From the NCBI GenBank assembly GCA_021806925.1, contig JAKAPS010000002.1, positions 1,751-65,750 of the forward strand: a DNA stretch of 64,000 nt, given 5' to 3'. Below the pieces are notes generated by a model, which did not search any database, was not told where the DNA came from, and saw only the letters and a list, made by a program, of their open reading frames with translations. This stretch comes from a bacterium (GTDB lineage: Bacteria; Patescibacteriota; Dojkabacteria; JAKAPS01). A program made the translations under genes and the position numbers. The first letter of the stretch is position 1; every line of letters starts with the position of its first letter. Below are positions 1 through 8,101 of the stretch, in pieces.

Positions 1-72
1 TCTTGCATTAACTGATTCAAGATCAGAATTAACACTTTTTGATGTTTTGATAAAACTTTCAGTGAATTTCAT
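1..72 (-). CDS. N-terminal 24 codons of a class II aminoacyl-tRNA synthetase, most like prolyl-tRNA synthetase; the gene continues off the left edge
   Basis: Minus-strand ATG at 72-70 translates MKFTESFIKTSKSVNSDLESVNAR. The F-I-x-T...V-x-x-D-x-E...LL spacing resembles bacterial ProRS N-termini (e.g. [27 protein letters not shown]). A T-box-like leader lies immediately upstream. Confidence 0.35.
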   Translation of the reverse strand, partial: MKFTESFIKTSKSVNSDLESVNAR

Positions 73-74
73 AA

Positions 75-335
75 ATTATTAATAAAATAAAAAAGCCTCA
101 TTCCCCAAACCATAACGGTTTGTAAGGACGAGGTCTCTCGTGTTACCACCTTACTTTTCAATTATTTTTCAATAAAAGGCTTATTACTTGTTTTTTTACG
201 GAAACAATCCGTCTATAGTTTTCTATAGCAGCTCTGAGGTAGGTTCGAAAGAAAATCATTATCAGTTTCCAGCAATCCTGACTCTCTCAAAATGATCTGT
301 TCATTCTACTATTCCTCTTCAAGGCTTTATACAGG
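75..335 (-). promoter_or_regulatory. Putative T-box riboswitch leader (tRNA-sensing transcription attenuator) with a candidate Pro (CCU) specifier
   Basis: About 260 nt leader between a consensus promoter and the aaRS start codon. The minus-strand RNA contains AAGUAAGGUGGUAACACGAGAG (plus 137-158), resembling the T-box motif AGGGUGGNACCGCG. It is followed by a GC-rich hairpin and a U-run (GGGGAAUGAGGCUUUUUUAUUUU, plus about 88-110) just before the AUG. Upstream there is a Stem-I-like GA motif UUGAAGAGGAAUAGUAG and, on the 3' side, GAACCUACCUC (AA-CCU-A specifier context with CCUC pairing to GAGG). Confidence 0.45.
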
Positions 336-338
336 AGG

Positions 339-367
339 ATTATACCTAGAACACAATATACTGTCAA
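339..367 (-). promoter_or_regulatory. Sigma-70 type promoter driving the T-box leader (TTGACA-N17-TATAAT)
   Basis: The minus strand reads TTGACA (plus 362-367), a 17-nt spacer, then TATAAT (plus 339-344). Both hexamers match consensus exactly. Orientation is toward the leader and aaRS gene. Confidence 0.55.
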
Positions 368-595
368 ATGTACATATCTTTAGTATGTGAAAAATACACA
401 AAAAAGTTACTTAACAATAATTGCAATTAGATATATCATATACAATTCTTAATCTCTAAAAAGCAGTTATTTCACAATGTGTATATATATCTTTAATTGA
501 TTTTAGAAAACGGATAATAGCAACCTTTATAAAATCCTATTCCATTTATACATTTTACTAATGTACATTTCTTTTGTGACATGATATAAGTATAT

Positions 596-862
596 ATGGT
601 TATGATAATAGAGAAAAAAGTGTGGCCAGAATACTTTCAAAAGATCCTTGAAGGGGATAAAACTTTTGAAGTACGACTTGCTGATTTTGAATGTAATACA
701 GGAGACACTCTGATCCTAAAAGAATGGGATCCAGATACAGGAAAATACACGGGAAGAGAGATTAAAAAAAAGGTGACGTATGTAGGAAAAACTAAGGATT
801 TTACATTTTGGAATGAAGAAGAAATAGATAAATATGGGTATCAAGTAATTGGATTTAAATGA
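596..862 (+). CDS. ASCH-domain (PUA-like beta-barrel) small protein
   Basis: 88 aa. The ILEGDKTFEVR motif matches the ASCH G-x-K-x-x-E-x-R signature. Size is typical of stand-alone ASCH proteins. Confidence 0.5.
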   Translation: MVMIIEKKVWPEYFQKILEGDKTFEVRLADFECNTGDTLILKEWDPDTGKYTGREIKKKVTYVGKTKDFTFWNEEEIDKYGYQVIGFK

Positions 863-865
863 TAA

Positions 866-883
866 GATACGATTAATCGTATC
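866..883. repeat. Perfect 18-nt palindrome gatacgattaatcgtatc directly after the ASCH gene stop
   Basis: Seen directly: 8-bp arms with a 2-nt centre and no following T-run. Candidate operator or protein-binding site, or a tight hairpin. Confidence 0.3.
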
Positions 884-1088
884 AGTTACTGCTAAAGATA
901 GAATAAAATTACATGGATTGCTTGCAGAACCGAGTGTGTATTACAGATACAAAAAGAATTCATTTACATGGAATTTCAGCAAACTTCTATAATGCAGACT
1001 TTTATACTAGTTTTATTAAATAATCCTTATGTATAAGAATAGCATTTATTTCCACAGATAGTATAGTATATAGGAGTATATGAGATAG

Positions 1089-1583
1089 AAAAGCAGGAGA
1101 GTTGTCGCACCTGGTGCTTCTTTAGAAAAATTTGAAGACTGTTTACTTTATATAGATACATGGATTGAGTATGCATTATCTATTGGATTCAAAAAGATTA
1201 TATTGGAAGGATATGGTTTTGGGGCAGAAAAGGCAGTGTATTACATGAATAAATGGAAATATAAGGATAATGTAATTGCACTTATTCTTATAGGTTTTTG
1301 TGATACAGTTGGAACTCAAGAAATATACGAAAAAAAAATAGGGAAAACATACTATGATGAGGCTTTAGATTTACAAGAGAAAGGATTAAATGAACATTTC
1401 CTTTCAGATTTGCTTACATTTGCAGGAGAAATACCAATAAGCTCTCAAACATACTTTGATTTCTTTTCAAAAGGAGGGTCTATCCTTTCTACTGTGATGT
1501 CTTTACGAAATGGTAGAAATTTTACTATGTTTGCAAATATTCATCTCCCTATTTTAGGGATTATGGGAGATGATGATGAATGA
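1089..1583 (+). pseudogene. Alpha/beta-hydrolase (esterase/dienelactone-hydrolase-like) gene remnant lacking an N-terminus, with a degenerate nucleophile elbow
   Basis: The frame is open from the stop at 1086-1088 with no ATG; the ORF track begins at TTG 1203. The sequence ...KKIILEGYGFGAEKAVYY has GYGFG where a hydrolase G-x-S-x-G is expected (Ser to Gly). An upstream out-of-frame piece HGLLAEPSVYYRYK (about 905-990) and a downstream 43-codon ORF (1630-1757) look like other pieces of the same decayed gene. Confidence 0.35.
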
Positions 1584-1776
1584 AGGAGAATATACAATTA
1601 TTCCAATACATAATGCAATAGAACGCTTATGAATGTGGAAAACAAATTAGCTGAAGCTTATCAAATACAGGATTGTGACCATAATTTTACAGGAAAGGAA
1701 GAAAAGTTGAGTAATATTATAGATTTATTTACGAAGAAGAAAATACTGAATCAGTGAATATATTATTAACAAACCT

Positions 1777-2454
1777 ATGAACATAAAAGAAACAACAGCA
1801 CTTATTACTGTAGCATCCAAAGGAATCGGAAGAGCAACAGCAATACGACTTGCACAGGAAGGATCAATTATTGTTGTTGACTACAACTCAGATAAAGATC
1901 TGGCAAATGAGGTCGTAATAGAGTGTAATAAATACACGAGTGGCAATATTGCAGTGCAAGCGGATGTTACAAATGATCATCAAGTAAAAGAGATGTTTAA
2001 CAAAGTAAAAGTGACATTTGGTCATCTTGATATTCTCGTTAATAATGCAGGAATATTTGATGAAACAGATAATCCAAGAAATTTGCAGGCATTTGAAAAT
2101 ATTTTTCAACATAACTTCCTTGGTCATGTTCGAGTAACAAATGAAGCACTTGATATTATGAAAAAAGGAAAGATTGTTAATGTATCTTCAATTCATGGAC
2201 AGCTAGGAATAGGAAACGGTGAAGTGATTGCATATGCCTCACTAAAAGCGGCTATTAATAGTTATACAAAAAATCTTGCAAAAGAGCTTGCACCTGATAT
2301 TTTGGTTAATGCAGTAGCTCCTGGTAGAACAATGACAACGATGTGGAGCGGAATGACGAAAGAGGAAGAAAAAAAGTGGGGAGAAACACAGCTTATTAAC
2401 AGGTTTATTATTCCAGATGAGGTAGCAGATGCTATTAGACATGTTCCTGAGTAA
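1777..2454 (+). CDS. Short-chain dehydrogenase/reductase (SDR; FabG-like 3-oxoacyl reductase family)
   Basis: TALITVASKGIGRATA glycine-rich NAD(P) motif, NNAG motif (ILVNNAGIF) and the YASLKAA catalytic Y-x-x-x-K. 225 aa. Confidence 0.9.
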   Translation: MNIKETTALITVASKGIGRATAIRLAQEGSIIVVDYNSDKDLANEVVIECNKYTSGNIAVQADVTNDHQVKEMFNKVKVTFGHLDILVNNAGIFDETDNPRNLQAFENIFQHNFLGHVRVTNEALDIMKKGKIVNVSSIHGQLGIGNGEVIAYASLKAAINSYTKNLAKELAPDILVNAVAPGRTMTTMWSGMTKEEEKKWGETQLINRFIIPDEVADAIRHVPE

Positions 2455-2502
2455 AAGATAAGAGAGATTAATGAAGCAGAAAGAGTTTAAATTATTCCTA
2501 TT

Positions 2503-3473
2503 AGGAAATTTGTTTACGAACTTTGGAGATGATAATTCCATAAACCAGCAGCTATAACAATTAGTGAATCATCCATAAGCGGGATATGATTCCTTGCTAT
2601 TGTTGATACTGACGCCATCCTCTTGATTCCACAGATGGCATGCTCAGATAATACTCTGATTGATGAAATAAGATGATTTTCTTCTTTTTGTTTTTCAGTT
2701 AAAGGGCTACCCCTTGATCTTTTTGTAGGTATCTGTGTATTTGGATGAACCTTTTCTACTCCCTTAAACCCTGTATCTACCCATACACATACCTTCTTTG
2801 GTATATTTTCAAATAACATTTGCTTGTCAGCATGCTGCTTATCATGTCTTCTTCCTTATCTGGTTCTTGTTAAATATAATATCCTTTTTCTATCATCTGA
2901 AACAATAATATTCTTCCTCGTATGAATTTTCTTCTTCCATGAATATGTCTTGTTCTGAGCCTTCTTCTTCTTTGGACGTTGTTTTCTCCTTTCTGATCCA
3001 TCTACAAATACATCCCTTATTCCTGGATATCTTTTCTCAAATTCTTCGGGTGAGTTTATTTGCCTTTCTGGCAACACACATCTTCTCCCTAATGTCTGTT
3101 CCAATACTGGCAACAACCTTAATGTCCACTCACATGCCTTACTCCTTACAAAACCAGCTTCGTATCCCAACACATCTTATATTGGATATGTTTTTACATA
3201 TGTTAATATAAAAAATAGTTTACTTCTGGCATCGGGTAATACTGGGCTCTTCATTCCTCCTCCAATTCTTCTCAATCTATTCGGTTTTCTCTTTATTTAT
3301 GCTTCTTCATAATTCCATTCAAACTGTACTACCAATTCTTCAAATTCTGAAATCGTTATTCCTGTCAATGCTTTACATTGACGATCATTTTTTAGTGCAT
3401 ATTTTATATTCATTTCGGTCAGCTTTCTACTATCTTAGTTTACCTCCTTATCCTGTTCAGGAACAAGTTTAAT
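2503..3473 (-). mobile_element. Degenerate IS5/IS4-superfamily insertion sequence (about 970 bp) with imperfect terminal inverted repeats
   Basis: Left end GGAAATTTGTTTACGAAC (2503-2520). The reverse complement of the right end (3456-3473) is TTAAACTTGTTCCTGAAC, matching at 12/18 positions. The internal transposase is broken into three frames. Confidence 0.55.
2514..3412 (-). pseudogene. IS5-family DDE transposase, inactivated by frameshifts and stops
   Basis: Three minus-strand pieces. The N-terminal HTH piece is MNIKYALKNDRQCKALTGITISEFEELVVQFEWNYEEA* (3412-3296). The middle piece is ...VFVDGSERRKQRPKKKKAQNKTYSWKKKIHTRKNIIVSDDRKRILYL (3173-2856). The C-terminal piece is VDTGFKGVEK...LTEKQKEENHLISSIRVLSEHAICGIKR (2819-2514), carrying the R-x3-E-x6-K signature. 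All are typical of IS5/IS1031-type transposases. Confidence 0.65.
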
Positions 3474-3652
3474 ATCTTGAAGAGAATCCAAAAATACTTA
3501 TTACATAAAATTTTATTTATATTTATAAATTACTAATATAAAACATACAGTTGTAATGCGAAGAAGTCTATTTTTGAAATATTGCTTATATATTCTTAAT
3601 TAAGAGCCTATTTAGAATATCAATTAAATCAATAATATTTTATACTATTAAA

Positions 3653-4207
3653 ATGAACAAATATGTAAATTTAATGACCAAAAATCAAGGAAAAATCTTA
3701 GCAGCAAATAGTGCCTTTTCAAAATATGGCATTGAGGTTCGTTCTCTTGATTTTGATATTCCTGAAATTCAAGCTTATACAAGTATAGAAATAGCGAGAT
3801 ATGCAGTAGAGAAAGCATGGGAAAAATTCCATGAACCTGTAATTAGGGAAGATCATAGTTTCTTTATCGATGAACTTGGTATGCCTGGTCCTTATATGGC
3901 ATACGTAGAGAAGCAAATTGACTTAGAACATCTGATAAAGATATTGAAGACTCTTGATTCGAGAGAAGGACACTGGAATGTAGGGACAGCCTTTATGGAT
4001 AAGAACGGTAAGGTACATGAATTTACTTTTGATGTGCCGATTGTGTTTGAACTGAAACCTAGAGGTAAAGAGATCAATAGTTGTATACAAATAGTACGCT
4101 TTGCAAATGAGACAAGAGTTTTAACTGAATACCCGGAAGAAGAAAGACTTCATGTATGGAATGTAAACTATGAAAAGATAGCAAAACTTATGTCAGAACA
4201 AGAGTAG
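3653..4207 (+). CDS. Non-canonical purine NTP pyrophosphatase (Ham1/RdgB/ITPase family)
   Basis: LMTKNQGKILAA resembles the ATGNxGKxxE N-terminal motif. EDHSFFIDELGMPGPYMAY resembles DDSGLxVDALxGxPGVYSAR. 184 aa. Confidence 0.6.
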   Translation: MNKYVNLMTKNQGKILAANSAFSKYGIEVRSLDFDIPEIQAYTSIEIARYAVEKAWEKFHEPVIREDHSFFIDELGMPGPYMAYVEKQIDLEHLIKILKTLDSREGHWNVGTAFMDKNGKVHEFTFDVPIVFELKPRGKEINSCIQIVRFANETRVLTEYPEEERLHVWNVNYEKIAKLMSEQE

Positions 4208-4307
4208 TTATTGTTGATTCAAGTTGGTTTTGGTACTACATTCTTGATAATGAGATTAATTGACAAATATATTGTTTCAAAATAGACTATTGATATAAAC
4301 GTGTTGC

Positions 4308-6413
4308 ATGAATACAAATAAAACTGCGATTGTGGTTAGTTTTGTTCTCATTGTTATTTCTTTCCTTTCCGCATTGCTTCTTATATGGAGAATTCAGAAT
4401 CACAACACTACTACTCTATTAAAAACAAACAGCGTGACAACAAATCAAGCGGTAGCAACAGCAATAAAAACTGGTGCGAGTTATAGAAGCGTAACTTCAT
4501 ATCCAACTGGCTGGTTCTCAAGTGGTCAAAATGCAGATCTAACATTATCTGCAATTGGATTCAATAATACAGGCGGTCCCCTTACATTCAATCATTTAGG
4601 AAATATAGCTTCAGATGGTCATCATTTACTTGTTGCTGATAGAAATAACAACAGAATATTAATATGGAATTCTTTACCTAAAAGTAATGTTCCTCCAAAT
4701 ATAGTCTTGGGTCAGGAAAACTTTACAACTAATAATCCAGGAACAGGTATGAATAATTTAGATTGGCCTGTATCCGTAGCGACTGATGGAACACATGTCT
4801 TTGTAGCAGATACATATAACAATAGAATTCTAATATGGAATTCATTTCCTACTAAAAATGGTCAAAGTGCAGATATTGTATTAAATAATGTTGCAAATAA
4901 CATACAGAACCCAACAAAAAATACAATAATATGGCCATGGGCAGTATGGACGAATGGGAAGAAATTAATAGTAACTTCAACTCAATCAGGTTCAGTTCTA
5001 ATATGGAATTCAATTCCTACCAAGAATAATCAATCTGCAGATATAATATTAAATGCTGGAGGAAATTTCGGTACTCCACGATCTATTGCAAGTGATGGAA
5101 ATACTCTTATGATAGGAGATCATAATGCAAAATTAAACAATGGTAATCCTGGTAACTTCTTTTGGTCAACATTTCCTACAAAGGATAATCAACCATATAA
5201 TTCATTTATATCAACTCAATCCAATTCACAATCACTTGGAAATGTGAGTGAGATATTTTGGGGTGGTGTATATACACCAGATGGAAAATTTCTTTCACTC
5301 GGTAATACACTTCTTGAATGGAACTCATTTCCGCAAAATTCAAGTAGTTTTCCAAATATGATTACTGGAGGATCTAGTGGAGATCCTACAACAAATTCTA
5401 ATAGTTTGTATCAATTTGATGCCGGTGATGGTTCAGGCGAAGTTCTAGCTGGAAACACACTATACATATCATTATCAAATGGAAATAGGATTATTGGATT
5501 CAATTCTATTCCTACAACACAAGATGCTAAACCAGATTTCTCTATAGGTTCGCCAAGTATAAATACAAATACGCTTTTAACAAACTACATAATGTCTAAT
5601 CCAGTTCCAGCAACTAACGGAAAGAGTTTATTTGTAAGTTCTGATTTTGATAAGAGTTTGTATGTATATAAGAATTTGCCGAACCAATCGAATGCGTATC
5701 CCGATTATGTTATTCCATACGGTGGCTGGTCAAATGCCTTATATGAAAATACATTTGCAGAAGCAGATAGTCAGAGTATATATATATGGAATACTCTACC
5801 TACTAGTGGTCAATTACCAAATGAAATATTGACAAATCATATTGGAAATATACAGTTGAAGGATGCAAAAGGTGTTGCAATAGATAGTAAATATTTCTAT
5901 ATAAGTGATGCAGCAGCAAATAAGGTGTATGTTTTTAAGGGAATACCAACATATAGCAGTAATCCCGTGTATACAATAAATGTTAATCAGCCATATAGAA
6001 TTTCAAGCGATGGGACATATTTAGTTGTCACAACTACGCTTGATAATTTGACTGGACATGTGAAGGTATACATGGTTAATCAGTTATCAAATAATACAAG
6101 TCCAGTATGGACACTTACCGATAAACAAATTCAAACGAACCTACCAGAAAGTGCTGTGGTTTCACATGGAAGTTTGTTTATTGCTGATACTGGTTTTAAC
6201 AGAGTGTTGATATGGAAAGATATTACAGAGGCAATTCAAGGAAAACAGCCTGATACTGTTTTAGGTGAATCTACACTATCCCCTATTTTAGTTCCGCAAA
6301 TAGGAACATCAACTTTATTCTGGCCATCCAATATAGCATTTGATGGAAGTTATTTATGGGTAGGTGAATTTAAATTTTCTGAAAGACTACTTCGTTTTTC
6401 AGTTCATTCGTAG
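4308..6413 (+). CDS. Large secreted or membrane-anchored NHL-repeat beta-propeller protein
   Basis: N-terminal TM/signal anchor (IVVSFVLIVISFLSALLLIW). There are at least 8 repeats of the NHL-like unit, e.g. NNRILIWNSLPKSNVPPNIVLG, NNRILIWNSFPTKNGQSADIVL, SVLIWNSIPTKNNQSADIIL, FNRVLIWKD. 701 aa. Confidence 0.6.
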   Translation: MNTNKTAIVVSFVLIVISFLSALLLIWRIQNHNTTTLLKTNSVTTNQAVATAIKTGASYRSVTSYPTGWFSSGQNADLTLSAIGFNNTGGPLTFNHLGNIASDGHHLLVADRNNNRILIWNSLPKSNVPPNIVLGQENFTTNNPGTGMNNLDWPVSVATDGTHVFVADTYNNRILIWNSFPTKNGQSADIVLNNVANNIQNPTKNTIIWPWAVWTNGKKLIVTSTQSGSVLIWNSIPTKNNQSADIILNAGGNFGTPRSIASDGNTLMIGDHNAKLNNGNPGNFFWSTFPTKDNQPYNSFISTQSNSQSLGNVSEIFWGGVYTPDGKFLSLGNTLLEWNSFPQNSSSFPNMITGGSSGDPTTNSNSLYQFDAGDGSGEVLAGNTLYISLSNGNRIIGFNSIPTTQDAKPDFSIGSPSINTNTLLTNYIMSNPVPATNGKSLFVSSDFDKSLYVYKNLPNQSNAYPDYVIPYGGWSNALYENTFAEADSQSIYIWNTLPTSGQLPNEILTNHIGNIQLKDAKGVAIDSKYFYISDAAANKVYVFKGIPTYSSNPVYTINVNQPYRISSDGTYLVVTTTLDNLTGHVKVYMVNQLSNNTSPVWTLTDKQIQTNLPESAVVSHGSLFIADTGFNRVLIWKDITEAIQGKQPDTVLGESTLSPILVPQIGTSTLFWPSNIAFDGSYLWVGEFKFSERLLRFSVHS

Positions 6414-6441
6414 TGGGAGGTGAATTTATATAAATATAATT

Positions 6442-6720
6442 ATGGACAAATTTATAAAAATAATTAAAGATATTTCAAGTATACTTCTGCTTGTGAATGG
6501 TGTTGTGTGGTTGATTATTGGTATAGTAATCATATTTGCAATTGTAAGGGTTGGTACTTCTGGAGTTGAACAGGTTATAGGTGGTACAGTTGGAACTCAG
6601 CAACAACAGAGCAACCAATCTAATATGCAACCTCAAAATCAACAAGGAGGAGGAGTTCAACAACAAATGCAACCAAGTCAAGTTATACCAAGTAATCAAC
6701 AAAATGTATATCCTTCATAA
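6442..6720 (+). CDS. Small membrane protein with a Q/N-rich low-complexity C-terminal tail
   Basis: One TM (LLLVNGVVWLIIGIVIIFAIV), then GTQQQQSNQSNMQPQNQQGGGVQQQMQPSQ. It lies 29 nt downstream of the NHL protein. Confidence 0.35.
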   Translation: MDKFIKIIKDISSILLLVNGVVWLIIGIVIIFAIVRVGTSGVEQVIGGTVGTQQQQSNQSNMQPQNQQGGGVQQQMQPSQVIPSNQQNVYPS

Positions 6721-7063
6721 ATAATTTTATCAGGATTACAAATACTGATGGTGTATACTTAAAAAGTAAAGTGTTTAATGATTATTGATCTTATCTATAT
6801 TGACTAGTAAACAATGGGAATATAGAATAAAATGTATTCTGGCAATCGTAAATCTAGTTTATAAAAATAACAATAAATAATTTAACAATGAGAAAGGTAA
6901 TGGTAATTTCAGGCGGAATTTGATGGATTAGGAAAAAATATAGCAACAGATTTCGCAAGTAATTAGATTAAAAGAAATTGAAGCGTGTGTCAAAGTAAAT
7001 ATGATGTTATTATGAATTATGATATGTATCAAGTATTAATGAAATAAGGTCTGCAACAAATAA

Positions 7064-7171
7064 TATTATTTAAAAAATACTGGTTTAATAGATATTTTAA
7101 TAAGTAATGCTGGTATATGGATTGAAGGCTTACTTGAGAATAACAATCCAGAAATGATAAAGAAAGTTTAG
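7064..7171 (+). pseudogene. SDR gene fragment (paralogue remnant)
   Basis: Short open frame YILKNTGLIDILISNAGIWIEGLLENNNPEMIKKV* between stops. It carries the SDR NAG motif and is similar at the protein level to LDILVNNAGIFDE of the intact SDR at 1777-2454. It has no start codon and no N-terminal Rossmann part. Confidence 0.45.
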
Positions 7172-7282
7172 GTATAAAAGATAAATTTAGCTAATATACA
7201 TACTATATCTCTATAAGATATATTTAAGATATGGGAAATTTCATTTTAGTATTTTTAAGTGAATACATGTTAAAATATTGTA

Positions 7283-8089
7283 ATGAGTGATTTTAAATTT
7301 GATATTCATGAAGCGAAGAAGTTGGTTACTGAATTTATATTACATGCAGGACAAGAAGCTCTTACTAATTGGAAAAATATAGATGTAGAGTACCATGTAG
7401 ATAATGTAGATGTAACAACAGAAACAGATAAAAGAATTGAAAACGAATTCTCAAATTTTGTTGAGAAAAATTTTCCTGGTCATGGATTTAGTGGTGAGGA
7501 ATTCAATGACTTGAAAAGAAGTGCCGAATATATGTGGTATATAGATCCTATTGATGGAACAAAATTCTATGCAAAGCAGGTTCCTCTCTGGTCAATATCA
7601 ATTTCATTAGTTAGAAAAGGTGTTCCTGTTTTAGGTGTAATATATTTCCCAACATCTGGACAAATATACTCTGCTATAGATGGAGAAGGTGCATACCTTA
7701 ATGATGATTTGATTAGCATAACTCAAGAGGCTGATCTTGGAAAATTACAGTTAGCACTAGATATGGCATTGAGTAGTGAAGAATACAATGCAAGAAAAGA
7801 AACAATTACACCAGTGCTTGAAAGATTATATACATCATTCTACCGAGTTAGATCACTAGGTTCTGGTACGGCAAGTATAACATGGTTAGCACAAGGTTTT
7901 TTCGGTTGTTATTTTAATCCATTTAGAACTGAGATGAGTATGTATGATATATATACAGGTATGTTAATAGCAAAGGAGGCAGGTGCATATATTCACAAAA
8001 TAACAATAAGCCCTGGACTGTACCATTTCATATTTGGAAATAAAGAGGTGGTTGAGAAAGTTGTAGGTATAGTTGCTGACCTAAAATAG
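7283..8089 (+). CDS. Inositol monophosphatase family protein (IMPase/SuhB/FBPase-like)
   Basis: WYIDPIDGT metal-binding motif. 268 aa. Confidence 0.85.
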   Translation: MSDFKFDIHEAKKLVTEFILHAGQEALTNWKNIDVEYHVDNVDVTTETDKRIENEFSNFVEKNFPGHGFSGEEFNDLKRSAEYMWYIDPIDGTKFYAKQVPLWSISISLVRKGVPVLGVIYFPTSGQIYSAIDGEGAYLNDDLISITQEADLGKLQLALDMALSSEEYNARKETITPVLERLYTSFYRVRSLGSGTASITWLAQGFFGCYFNPFRTEMSMYDIYTGMLIAKEAGAYIHKITISPGLYHFIFGNKEVVEKVVGIVADLK

Positions 8090-8101
8090 ATACATAGTTG
8101 C

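Noticed and set aside
95-160. Locally GC-richer patch that looked like a possible small RNA gene
   Set aside because: Better explained as the terminator/antiterminator (T-box) end of the leader RNA of the minus-strand aaRS gene.
2939-3211. 90-aa plus-strand ORF overlapping the IS remnant
   Set aside because: Antisense to the recognisable (though fragmented) IS5-family transposase. No motif of its own.
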